A stretch of DNA of 52,229 nucleotides, counting the filler, from Candidatus Woesearchaeota archaeon (lineage in GTDB: Archaea; Nanobdellota; Nanobdellia; Woesearchaeales; WJIZ01), in assembly GCA_018221205.1 (NCBI GenBank). It is 4 parts of 4 records of this genome, joined end to end, with 100 filler letters (N's around TTAATTAATTAA, not from the genome) between each part and the next. Parts side by side here need not be neighbours in the genome. Positions count along the whole stretch, not along the records: positions 22,158 to 52,229 come from JAAOYF010000024.1; 3 more parts are not named here. One strand, 5' to 3'. The notes beneath the pieces were generated by a model. It was not told the DNA's origin, made no database searches, and saw nothing but the letters and a program-made list of their open reading frames with translations. A program made the position numbers and the translations under genes. Every line of letters starts with the position of its first letter. The stretch's first letter is position 1. This document shows, in pieces, positions 24,999-33,990 of the stretch.

Positions 24999-26678
24999 CT
25001 ATGTTTCAACATTGAATGAAGTCATCATTCCTGCTTCTAGGTGCTCGGCAATATGGCAATGCATCATCCATTCTCCAGGATTAGTAACATCAACAAGAAT
25101 ATCTATTGTCTTACCAGCAGGTACGAGGACTGTATCTTTCCAGGCGAGATTGTCTTGCTGCTCGCCGTCAATAGAAGTGACTAAAAACCTCTGTCCATGC
25201 AGATGGATAGGGTGCTGCATAGGATGATCAGATTCTGGATCATTGAACAGCCGAATCTTTATGATGTCTCCGACCTTAGCTTCCATGCCGATCTCCATGT
25301 TCGTTCTTCCTGTCTTTCGATCCTTCAATATCCAGTCAACAGTCTCGCTCGTCGACATGGCATTCATCATGCCCATGGTATCCTCCCATTCAATCTCCTC
25401 TTCATGCTCTTCGCCGTCGCAGTCGCCCATCTGCACCCCTCCCATGACATGGCAGGGCATGTCTTCCATGCTGCCCATCATCATGTTCACCTCTACTGTA
25501 AGGTCTATTTCATAATCTGGATCTTTTTCCATGAGCTTCTTGAACCTGAACATCTCTTTGCTCTCTTCTTCATTCTTCCTCGGCTTTAGAAAATCAGCTG
25601 AATGGTCTGCTCTTCCGGCTGTTGATGCAGCTATCACCGAGCCCAGCACGTATTCCTTGTCCGGCGTGATATGCCTGATATTGTATTTCCGGCTTTCATC
25701 GAAATACACTTCTATCACATATCTCTCTGCAGGGGTGATGAGAACAGAATCAATAAACTCCTCTTCTTCATATCTACTCAAATCTGATGCTACTAGCTTT
25801 ATTCTTGCCCCATCAAAATCCAGATTGAAGGGACGGACATTTGCAACATTAGTCACAAAAAACCTCACAATGTCTCCTTTATTGACTGATAGCCTATAGT
25901 CTGTCTCGCCGTTCAGCAACATAACATTACCAAACCTTCCCATAAGTGCAAAATTAGCGTGTTCCTTGCCAAAGGGAACTACTCCATGATCATTCATCAA
26001 GATATCATCAAGGACAAGAAGCTCTTCCTTGTTTATTGGATTATAGTAATCAGACTCTGGAGAGTCGACAAGCATATTTCCAGCCAGGCCAAGATCCTGC
26101 TGGAGATCCTCTCGGACATGGGGGTGGTACCAATAGATTCCTGCGTCGGGAAACGTAACAGTATATTGATATTTCTCTCCTGGCTTCACGGTTTCCTGAG
26201 AGATATCCGGCACCCCATCATTATTGATATCATGCCTCAGGCCATGCCAATGGATAGTCGTCTCCTGATCAAGATTGTTGATGAAATCGATCTCTATCGT
26301 TGACCCTTGTCTTGTCCTCAAGGCAACACCTGGTATCATGCCATTATAGGCATACATCTTCACTTCTTTGCCATTTATTCTCTTCTTCACTATATCAGCT
26401 GTGATAGTTATGTGGTCACCATCGTTGACCGTGAGTATTGAAGAAGATTTTGCTGTAGAAAGTGATGATAAGTCTTCTTTGACATTATCTCCGCAATCAC
26501 CCATAGATTCTCCATTAGGCATCTGTTGACAGGGTGTCCCTTCCTGGGCAACCATTGCCTCATGCATATCCTGCATTGTTTCCGCCTGCATCTGCGGCTC
26601 ATTGCTTACCTGTGAGCATCCTAATGCGAATATAGCCAATACTGCAATCCATTGTATATGTTTCATAATGCACCTCAA
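24999..26678 (-). CDS. Multicopper oxidase (CueO/laccase-like), lipoprotein
   Basis: HWHG, WYHPH, HPIHLHG, HCHIAEHLEAGM; Met-rich loops. Confidence 0.95.
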   Translation of the reverse strand: MRCIMKHIQWIAVLAIFALGCSQVSNEPQMQAETMQDMHEAMVAQEGTPCQQMPNGESMGDCGDNVKEDLSSLSTAKSSSILTVNDGDHITITADIVKKRINGKEVKMYAYNGMIPGVALRTRQGSTIEIDFINNLDQETTIHWHGLRHDINNDGVPDISQETVKPGEKYQYTVTFPDAGIYWYHPHVREDLQQDLGLAGNMLVDSPESDYYNPINKEELLVLDDILMNDHGVVPFGKEHANFALMGRFGNVMLLNGETDYRLSVNKGDIVRFFVTNVANVRPFNLDFDGARIKLVASDLSRYEEEEFIDSVLITPAERYVIEVYFDESRKYNIRHITPDKEYVLGSVIAASTAGRADHSADFLKPRKNEEESKEMFRFKKLMEKDPDYEIDLTVEVNMMMGSMEDMPCHVMGGVQMGDCDGEEHEEEIEWEDTMGMMNAMSTSETVDWILKDRKTGRTNMEIGMEAKVGDIIKIRLFNDPESDHPMQHPIHLHGQRFLVTSIDGEQQDNLAWKDTVLVPAGKTIDILVDVTNPGEWMMHCHIAEHLEAGMMTSFNVET

Positions 26679-26754
26679 AGCATAAACTTATTAAGTTTCA
26701 TATGTTGAAACCATATATAAAGGGTGGTGTAACCCATTTGAGGAATATTTCATA

Positions 26755-27261
26755 ATGAGAAACCATTTTCTTATCAAGCACAGGAATCTTGGATTCTTCA
26801 TACTTGTCATCTTATTGGTGAGTGTAAGCTTTCTTGCTGTCATCATATACGGTGTAAAGGATCTGGCAACGGTCAGTCCATTTCTTGCCTTTGCGGTCCA
26901 GTATCATGTCGTCATCATGATGGTCCTCATCGTCGTCTCAGTTGCTTTTGGTTTTTTTTGGTCCCATGCACTCTATTCTGAGATCAGGAGCAGGGAGAAG
27001 ACTTCGCGGAAGATCATGGACGTTGTGCTTCTTTTCTTAGGTACAGAAGAGAGGAAAATTTTGAATTTTTTGGTGGAGAAAGATGGGAAGACCACCCAAG
27101 CGCATATCGCCCGAATTGAAGGAATGAATAAGGTCAAGGCCTTCCGATCTGTAAAAAAAATGCAAGACAAGCAGATTGTCGATGTCGTCTCTCATGGCAA
27201 AGTGAGACAAGTGCTATTGAAAGAAAACATCCTTGATATTCTATTGGATTCCTCAAAATGA
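26755..27261 (+). CDS. Membrane-anchored wHTH (MarR-like) regulator
   Basis: 2 TM helices, then EERKILNFLVE..G..TQAHIARIEGMNKVKAFRSVKKM. Confidence 0.8.
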   Translation: MRNHFLIKHRNLGFFILVILLVSVSFLAVIIYGVKDLATVSPFLAFAVQYHVVIMMVLIVVSVAFGFFWSHALYSEIRSREKTSRKIMDVVLLFLGTEERKILNFLVEKDGKTTQAHIARIEGMNKVKAFRSVKKMQDKQIVDVVSHGKVRQVLLKENILDILLDSSK

Positions 27262-27300
27262 GGAAACTTTTAAAAAAGGGGTTTAATCTCAGAGCTATAT

Positions 27301-27402
27301 GGCCCAGTAGCCTAGCCTGGATAGGGCGACAGGAAAATCATAAGATTTTCTCGCCAGAGCCTTCTAAGCTGTAGGTCGGGGGTTCGAATCCCTCCTGGGC
27401 CA
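27301..27402 (+). tRNA. tRNA-Arg(UCU) with a 27-nt intron at position 28/29
   Basis: Acceptor GGCCCAG/CTGGGCC, D-arm GCCT/GGGC, spliced anticodon arm ACAGC-CTTCTAA-GCTGT, T-arm GGGGG-TTCGAAT-CCCTC; TATA-like TTTTAAAA upstream; CCA not encoded. Confidence 0.92.
27331..27357 (+). other. tRNA intron with bulge-helix-bulge motif
   Basis: Central helix GGCG/CGCC, bulges ACA and AGA, hairpin GGAAAATC-ATAA-GATTTTCT. Confidence 0.85.
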
Positions 27403-28147
27403 CTTCTTTGTAAAAGTTCCAAGGATTAAGGTTTCCTTCAAGGATATCTATTCTCTCTTGATAAGTTGTTTTAGGTGGGACGAAGCCAAATTTTTTATAA
27501 ATGAGATACCTGGTTAAGTGATTTGGATTAGAGAACTCTATGACTTCCTTCCAATTCTCTAGTCTAGATTTTCCGCTTACTTGAATCATATAGCTATCGG
27601 CCTCATTTCGGATATTCTTCTTCTGTCTTGCTATGAAATGTCGGATATTTAAGTTGCGTATCATTTGTGAGAGTTGGAGAATGAATTCCTTGCATACTGA
27701 TTTTATTTGAATTCTTGGATACGTATGAATAATCTTCAGGATTTTTCTGTCATTTGCGTATCTCTTATCAAAATTAAGGCAACCATCACCTGCACAGAAA
27801 CCCCTAATAAATGCTGCATGTACTTTTTTGTTTTTGGACTTTTGAATTACAAAGGGAATCCTTAGCGAATATGTTTTTTTGCCATAAGGAAATCCTAGTT
27901 CATGATGAAAAAAGCTGATTATTGATTTATTGCACACATAGAACCCGTAGACAGAATTACTTGGTTTTTCGTGAGGCCTAATCTTAATTTTAAACTCTGA
28001 TGAGAATATATTCGTAAGAATTGAATCGTAGTACTTACGATCAGCAGTGGGATTTCCCCAGAAACAAATGTGGTTTTCCTGCATAGAACCATCTGCTGCA
28101 AAAATTCCTGCCAGTTCGGAGATTTTTTCATTAATTTCTGATTTCAT
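27338..28147 (-). CDS. Free-standing two-motif LAGLIDADG homing endonuclease
   Basis: ELAGIFAADGS and AFIRGFCAGDGC motifs; basic protein in an AT-rich gene; no intein splicing residues. Confidence 0.88.
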   Translation of the reverse strand: MKSEINEKISELAGIFAADGSMQENHICFWGNPTADRKYYDSILTNIFSSEFKIKIRPHEKPSNSVYGFYVCNKSIISFFHHELGFPYGKKTYSLRIPFVIQKSKNKKVHAAFIRGFCAGDGCLNFDKRYANDRKILKIIHTYPRIQIKSVCKEFILQLSQMIRNLNIRHFIARQKKNIRNEADSYMIQVSGKSRLENWKEVIEFSNPNHLTRYLIYKKFGFVPPKTTYQERIDILEGNLNPWNFYKEVAQEGFEPPTYSLEGSGEKIL

Positions 28148-28341
28148 ATCAAATCACATCAATTCTTGTGGTGAAACTTCCTAATTGATTTTTAGTGAAG
28201 CGAAAATCATAATTTAAAGTTGAACTTAGCTTAAGTGATTTTTATGAAATTAAATTATATAAATCTCACGTACATACCTTTTTTGTCCAGTGTATAATCT
28301 TATTCAGAATTAATAGATTTACTTACGGATTCCGGAAGATT

Positions 28342-28361
28342 TTCGAATCCCATCAGGGCCA
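28342..28361 (+). repeat. Degenerate direct repeat of the tRNA 3' end
   Basis: TTCGAATCCCATCAGGGCCA vs TTCGAATCCCTCCTGGGCCA (27383-27402), 17/20 identical. Confidence 0.7.
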
Positions 28362-28363
28362 TT

Positions 28364-29719
28364 TTATGCTGCAATGACTATTGCCCTTTCTTTTGGGAGA
28401 TAAATATGATAGCCGTTCTCGATCGGGTCTTTTCCTCTTCTCATCAATCTGATCTGTGATCTGAAGAATTGGCTTTCTCGTTCATATTGCCCTGGAAATG
28501 CATAAGGAATGATTCTGAGTGTTTCCCTGTCATCTGAAATCGCCAACCCAGGTAGTTCTTGGTGTATTGATTCATACACTCTATATGGCTGTGCTGCGTT
28601 AACCCAATCAGCGTTTCTTTCAGCTACCTGTTCCCAGGTGACGAAATTTTCTCTCGTCCGAGGAGTGTTCTTTCTATAGAATCCTTGTCCAAGTATGCCC
28701 ACTTGGAATATTGCTTTCAACTTAATATTAGCAGCTTGAACTAGCCGAGCAGCCTCCAATTTTTGATCATATGAAATATTCTTTCCGAGGAGCCTTGAAC
28801 CTTCATCGTGAGCAGTCTCCACACCCAGATACAGCCTATTCAATCCTGTTTCCCATAATCTAGAGAGATTCTCTCTTGTGTATCCTCGACCAGTTCTTGA
28901 ATACGCTAGTGCTGATTCTGAACTGACGAAAGAGCCAATTTTTTCGAGCCAAGGAAAGTACTCTCGCATAAGTTCGACTGCTTTTGCTGCAGTCAAATCT
29001 GTTCGTTTGTCTTGATCTAGTCTTAGTACATCTGATATATTAATGAATCCTTCATTCATTCTTCTCATCTTGTCTCCAAGAATGTTGCCCATGGCTTCTT
29101 CAGTCCTTTCCAGCTCGGCAATAAATTGATCTATGGTGTACGGTTTGAACGGTACTGTCGATTCGGGGCAAAATGTGCATGCTTTTCCACACCCGTCACC
29201 TGCTTTAACAAAAATCGTCCTGTGAGTCTGATCTGGAATGATGTCTGTTGAGGATTGCAGAGATTTAAGCAAAAGAAATCTTGCAACAATTGCTTCATAT
29301 GTTAAGACTGAAAAATCTTTTCCAATGCCTTTCAGCTCTCCTTCAGAAACGGTCTTCGCTTCATCATAAGCAAAACCTACTAGCTGTTCCAGTAACTGTT
29401 CTGGTGTTGCATTTGCCTGATCAGCAACACACCCTAAGGGAAGGGACTTCCTCTTTAAGGTATATGTATGTTGAGGATCTTGACTTACAACAGTTTCGAT
29501 AGAATCTGGATTTACCCTATACATACCAGTCATATCTCCAGTTACGGCAAACGTTATTGCTAGATCATTAGTAGTTAGGACAAATTCTGGTTCTTCTTCT
29601 TCTCCGAGATTCTCAGCGCTAAAATAAAGATTTCTTCCATTGTTAAAGCCTATTTTACTCAGTGTTGAAGGAAAGCGTCCACTGAGCTGAATGGCTTTTT
29701 TTATGGTTAGGTCAGACAT
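28364..29719 (-). CDS. Radical SAM protein with N-terminal extension
   Basis: CGKACTFC (CxxxCxxC); GLNRLYLGVET. Confidence 0.85.
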   Translation of the reverse strand: MSDLTIKKAIQLSGRFPSTLSKIGFNNGRNLYFSAENLGEEEEPEFVLTTNDLAITFAVTGDMTGMYRVNPDSIETVVSQDPQHTYTLKRKSLPLGCVADQANATPEQLLEQLVGFAYDEAKTVSEGELKGIGKDFSVLTYEAIVARFLLLKSLQSSTDIIPDQTHRTIFVKAGDGCGKACTFCPESTVPFKPYTIDQFIAELERTEEAMGNILGDKMRRMNEGFINISDVLRLDQDKRTDLTAAKAVELMREYFPWLEKIGSFVSSESALAYSRTGRGYTRENLSRLWETGLNRLYLGVETAHDEGSRLLGKNISYDQKLEAARLVQAANIKLKAIFQVGILGQGFYRKNTPRTRENFVTWEQVAERNADWVNAAQPYRVYESIHQELPGLAISDDRETLRIIPYAFPGQYERESQFFRSQIRLMRRGKDPIENGYHIYLPKERAIVIAA

Positions 29720-29778
29720 TCCTGACCTTCTTACATGTCGCTTTATAAATCCTATTGGTTAGAATATTCTTATCAGAA

Positions 29779-30675
29779 TTATTCATGGGGTGTGACGATT
29801 CTTTCCTCTACTGCTGATATAAGTGATTTAAGGTCGGGTGGCTCATAGCCGCAGCAGCCTGAGACGAACAAGTCTCTCTCTAAGAGTTCAGGGTGTCTTT
29901 CAAACAAAGCTATCAGCCAGGTAACATACGCATCGACACCTCCGTTCTTTATGACTTCTGTGGCTTGATCCAACACAGCGTAGTCCTCGTCGCTTGCGTT
30001 GTTGTAGAGAATACGGAAATTCGTGAGCAAGCCTCTTTCTGCTGCCCGATCCAGCATGATGCCTACTGAATCATTTGTGCTGCAATTCGTTCCCCATCCC
30101 TGAAGAGTATGACCAGGGACAGAATATATTTCTTCGACGAGTTTTTCTATTGGCTCATCTCGATCGTAGAGCATTCCATTTCTTTCCAGCTTTGCACTGA
30201 GATATATTGGCATTCTGTATTCTGCTGCCAATTGCACTAAGCCAACAGCTTCAGGGACGTTCTCAATCGTTTCTGCGAGCAGTGCATCAACCCCTTCATC
30301 GTGAAATGCTTTGACCTTGGATCTATGATATATTTTAGCTTGCTCTGGAGTCACTATCCATGTTCCTTTAATGGCTGCATCTTTTGCTCCGCCGGTGGTG
30401 CCCCAGAGAACAACATCATCTCTTCCGCTGCGTCGGATTCCCTCTCTGGCAATCCTTACGGACTGGACTGTGCCTTTGTCTGAATCTGCTCCCAGATGCC
30501 TGCGGCAGCACCCATAGGAATCGGTGATGAGAACGCCAGTCTGGAGAGAGAGAAAATAGTCAATCATTTCGGCAACTATCGCTCTGCCAGGCTCTGTTAA
30601 CAGCGCTTGCCTATCGTCTAGGCCGTGCCTCATTTCTCGTGTTGGTCTATAGGCTGAGCTTGTATAGATAAGCAT
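29779..30675 (-). CDS. Homocysteine S-methyltransferase family protein (divergent)
   Basis: GVDALLAETI, GTNC and GCCG zinc-ligand motifs. Confidence 0.8.
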   Translation of the reverse strand: MLIYTSSAYRPTREMRHGLDDRQALLTEPGRAIVAEMIDYFLSLQTGVLITDSYGCCRRHLGADSDKGTVQSVRIAREGIRRSGRDDVVLWGTTGGAKDAAIKGTWIVTPEQAKIYHRSKVKAFHDEGVDALLAETIENVPEAVGLVQLAAEYRMPIYLSAKLERNGMLYDRDEPIEKLVEEIYSVPGHTLQGWGTNCSTNDSVGIMLDRAAERGLLTNFRILYNNASDEDYAVLDQATEVIKNGGVDAYVTWLIALFERHPELLERDLFVSGCCGYEPPDLKSLISAVEERIVTPHE

Positions 30676-30736
30676 GATACCTACTTTCCAGAGTGTTTTA
30701 AATAAACTCCTGCGTAAAATATTCCTTTAAGAATAA

Positions 30737-31819
30737 TCAGGGCAGCCAGGTCTTCTGGTCCTTGAGCTTTTCTGGCAGGTATTTCTCGATGACGTAATTA
30801 AGTCCCCATTTTGCTAAAGCTTGCTGTTCTGCTCTCACTTTCATCTGTGCCATCTGCTTAAAGGCCTTCTGCCATGGCTTATGGTGCTTGATGAATGGAT
30901 CGTTCTTGATCGCGTCTTTTATTCTTTTGATGTCGACATCTTTCAATGGATGAGAAGGAAGCTTGTAATCGATAATGTCTTGTGGAGTTATGCCGATGAA
31001 TTTTGCGCTGGGAACGCAGAAATACTTGTTTATGTGTGCTGCATTTCCTGAGCCTACCTTTAATGTCCTGTAGATATTAGCAAATCCATAAGGATCGCCA
31101 TCTGTGAAGACAAAGACTGGTAATTTCTTATCATCGCTCAATCTTCTGATGAATCTTCGGCATGCTCTTGTGGGAACTCCTCCCAGACTGATGAGGATGC
31201 AATTCGCTTTTTTCCAGTAATTATGCTTCACCAATCGCTGAAACATACCTGCTGTCTCTATGGCGAGGATGAACTTTGCTGTTGTCTGGAATTTAAGTTC
31301 CTCGACCTGGCTTGGAATAGAATAAGCACCAGAGCCGAATTTTGTGCAATCTATTTTGACTTCTTTCCCTGTATCCGGATCTTTGTCTATGACAATCAGT
31401 TTTCCTGCAATATCGCCGCCTTTCTCTTCTGGAATAAAGCCAATCTGCTCTCTGTTGACCATCATCATGGCTTCGACATCATCCATGACTGTATCGGATT
31501 CTGGCTGGGAGACAAAACGTGCCTCTTCCCAATTTTTGGAGACGTAATAGGCTTCTCTCTTTGTGGCGATGTCTTCGCTCTCCACTAATTCTTTAGAAAG
31601 TGCCATCATCCTCAAGGTCTGGGCAAAGGTCTTTACACTAGAAGCAGTCAATGTCCTTTCCTTCTTCTTATCGATGATCTCAAAATAACCGTCTTTCGAA
31701 TCATACTTCACATTAGACAACGAACGAAGAGGCATATGCAACGTAGGCTGCTTCTTCTTCAGGATGTCCTTATAGACATCTTCAGCTGTTTCCTTGATCT
31801 TCTTTATCACTGGTTTCAT
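30737..31819 (-). CDS. top6A: DNA topoisomerase VI subunit A
   Basis: TKREAYY, QPESD, FTDGDPYG, EQQAL. Confidence 0.95.
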   Translation of the reverse strand: MKPVIKKIKETAEDVYKDILKKKQPTLHMPLRSLSNVKYDSKDGYFEIIDKKKERTLTASSVKTFAQTLRMMALSKELVESEDIATKREAYYVSKNWEEARFVSQPESDTVMDDVEAMMMVNREQIGFIPEEKGGDIAGKLIVIDKDPDTGKEVKIDCTKFGSGAYSIPSQVEELKFQTTAKFILAIETAGMFQRLVKHNYWKKANCILISLGGVPTRACRRFIRRLSDDKKLPVFVFTDGDPYGFANIYRTLKVGSGNAAHINKYFCVPSAKFIGITPQDIIDYKLPSHPLKDVDIKRIKDAIKNDPFIKHHKPWQKAFKQMAQMKVRAEQQALAKWGLNYVIEKYLPEKLKDQKTWLP

Positions 31820-33434
31820 TTTCTTTACCGAATTTTGCTAGATCTTCATCATATTCCGGGTTATCAACACCGATCTTATCTAATTTTCCCCTCTGGGACT
31901 CGAGAAGCTCCACTAATATCGATTTCACTTTCTCTTCATCCTTGATCCCTAAAATCTCTTTCAACGCATCAGCGACATGAGGGATATAGACTTGAATATA
32001 ATCTCTTTTCTTTGATTCTGCGAGTATCCTCTTCTTTTTGCCGACATAAGACATCAGCTTTCTTCCAACTTCCTGAAGAGCTAGCTTAATCTCTTTGATG
32101 ATCTCTGGATAATGGGCAATGGCTTCCTTGCTTTCAGAAGTAAAAGGGACCCAGACAGAAGCAATGCTTATGACAATGGTTGCTGGACCTACAGGCAGAG
32201 CGCCTCTGCTCTGGCTGAGGCCATAGTTTCTCCAGGTCGTCTGCAATGCTGACTTTGTCACGGCACATGCACCTTGCTGGTATAGCAGAGGGACTCTGTT
32301 TGCGTAACGCATCAACCTTACAGCTGAGTCTGCTCCCTGCTCGCCTCCATATGCGACTCCTGCCTCTACAACAAAGGGATTTCCTCTGTATACTGAAGGG
32401 GGCCTGGTTGCGGCTGCATAGAACTCAGCATTGATCTCTTTTCTCAATCCTTTTTCCAATAATTCTGATCCGATAGGAGAGATGCAATCTGTCGGAGGTG
32501 AGATGATCTTGGTCTTCTTTATGCCTTCTGCTAATTTTTCCACCATCTCTCTGGTCATATTTTTTGGCTTGGTATTCGGCAATAAGGCTGCATGCTCGCA
32601 GATCTGCTTTGCTGTTCCAGAACCGACTCTTGAGAATTCTTGTGTCAGGAATGATTGTAATGTACGGCATTCAGTGAACTTGAGCATCTTCTGGAGAACG
32701 CCTAATTCGACTCCATAAGGATGGGGTTTGATCTCTACTGGTTTTTTTGGGTGATCGTCTGTCGCTCTTGCGAAGATGAACTGTTCTGCTTTTGGATTGG
32801 TATAGGTAATGGTCACATGGGGATTGACTATTGCTGTCTGTTTGAGGTATTCGTCTATAGATTGAGAGCCGCCAAGATAAGAACCTTCTAATTCAAGGAT
32901 GATCTTTGTTCCATGGTCTTTTTTCCATTCGACTGTATCATCTTTGATGATGTCTGGCTTGTTCTTCTGGGTATCGATATGCAATTCATAATAATGTGCT
33001 GGTTGATCCGGATGGATCTTTGATGTTATCTTTGATGGCTTTCCTGTTGTCAGCTGCGCATACATGACTGCAGCAGAGATGCCTATACCTTGCTGGCCTC
33101 TTGTCTGTGAGAGCTTGAAGAACTTGGAGCCGTAGAGGAGTTTAGCGAAAATCTTTGGAATCTGCTTCTTGACAATGCCAGGACCGTTGTCTTCTACGGT
33201 CACGCGAAAACGATCATTGCCCATATCGATGATATCCACGGAGATCTCTGGAAGGATGTCTGCTTCTTCGCAAGCATCTAAGCTGTTATCAACAGCTTCT
33301 TTAATCGTGGTCATGAGTGATTTTCTTTTGTTATCAAAGCCTAAGAGATGCCTATTTCGGGCAAAGAACTCTGCTATCCCGATATCCCGCTGCTTCGCAG
33401 CCATCTCATGCGCTTTTGTCTTTATCTCTTCCAT
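31782..33434 (-). CDS. top6B: DNA topoisomerase VI subunit B
   Basis: EAVDNSLDA, DNGPG, RGQQGIGIS, ANRVPLLY, VPFTSESKE. Confidence 0.97.
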   Translation of the reverse strand: MEEIKTKAHEMAAKQRDIGIAEFFARNRHLLGFDNKRKSLMTTIKEAVDNSLDACEEADILPEISVDIIDMGNDRFRVTVEDNGPGIVKKQIPKIFAKLLYGSKFFKLSQTRGQQGIGISAAVMYAQLTTGKPSKITSKIHPDQPAHYYELHIDTQKNKPDIIKDDTVEWKKDHGTKIILELEGSYLGGSQSIDEYLKQTAIVNPHVTITYTNPKAEQFIFARATDDHPKKPVEIKPHPYGVELGVLQKMLKFTECRTLQSFLTQEFSRVGSGTAKQICEHAALLPNTKPKNMTREMVEKLAEGIKKTKIISPPTDCISPIGSELLEKGLRKEINAEFYAAATRPPSVYRGNPFVVEAGVAYGGEQGADSAVRLMRYANRVPLLYQQGACAVTKSALQTTWRNYGLSQSRGALPVGPATIVISIASVWVPFTSESKEAIAHYPEIIKEIKLALQEVGRKLMSYVGKKKRILAESKKRDYIQVYIPHVADALKEILGIKDEEKVKSILVELLESQRGKLDKIGVDNPEYDEDLAKFGKENETSDKEDQGNS

Positions 33435-33964
33435 TCTACAATCGATCTCCTTTTCATCTCTCTCTTCTTCTTCTCAAGCCACTTGTAGACAGATGAATGT
33501 GTTGAGCCTTCTACCAGCATCTCGACGGCCTTATGGGCCAATTGGACTGATTCTATGGTGCCGATGATCGAGATAGTCTTCCCGAACACAGAGATATAGG
33601 TCTCGGTCAGCTCTTCTATATGCCTTCTTGTACGTCCTTCGGCGCCGATGACCCTTCCTTTCACCCTTTTTTGAGACTCTTTTGATTTATCTAATAAATT
33701 GACCATCTCAAAGCAATAGTCGACTTTGAGAAGCAGCAAGGCAATCTCTGGATTGAAACCTCTTCCTACAGCGGTGCAGACCTCTTTTGCTGTGAAAATG
33801 TCAAGGCCATCCTTGCCCTTGATGAAGATATCGCCTTCTTTTGAATCGACCTCAATCTGTGTGTGGGTGGCTGTCTCTACCTCTTTCTTCGTCGCGCCCT
33901 TCTGCCCAATAAGAACAGCAACCCGTTCTTTTGGAATCTTCAACTCAAAGTGGAGGTCATTCAT
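33422..33964 (-). CDS. KH-domain RNA-processing protein (Dim2/Pno1)
   Basis: RVAVLIG.KG, GRGFNPE, KGRVIGAEG; conserved rio1-dim2-top6 gene order. Confidence 0.92.
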   Translation of the reverse strand: MNDLHFELKIPKERVAVLIGQKGATKKEVETATHTQIEVDSKEGDIFIKGKDGLDIFTAKEVCTAVGRGFNPEIALLLLKVDYCFEMVNLLDKSKESQKRVKGRVIGAEGRTRRHIEELTETYISVFGKTISIIGTIESVQLAHKAVEMLVEGSTHSSVYKWLEKKKREMKRRSIVEWKR

Positions 33965-33990
33965 TTTATTATGAAAATTGTGAGGGGTAT

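Noticed and set aside
27338..28147. Intein or intron-encoded endonuclease
   Set aside because: No host protein or Cys/His-Asn splice residues; the ORF is antisense and lies mostly outside the 27-nt intron
23144..28361. Integrase-type genomic island anchored at tRNA-Arg including the copper genes
   Set aside because: The copper genes lie 5' of the tRNA, the repeat brackets only the endonuclease, and no integrase is present
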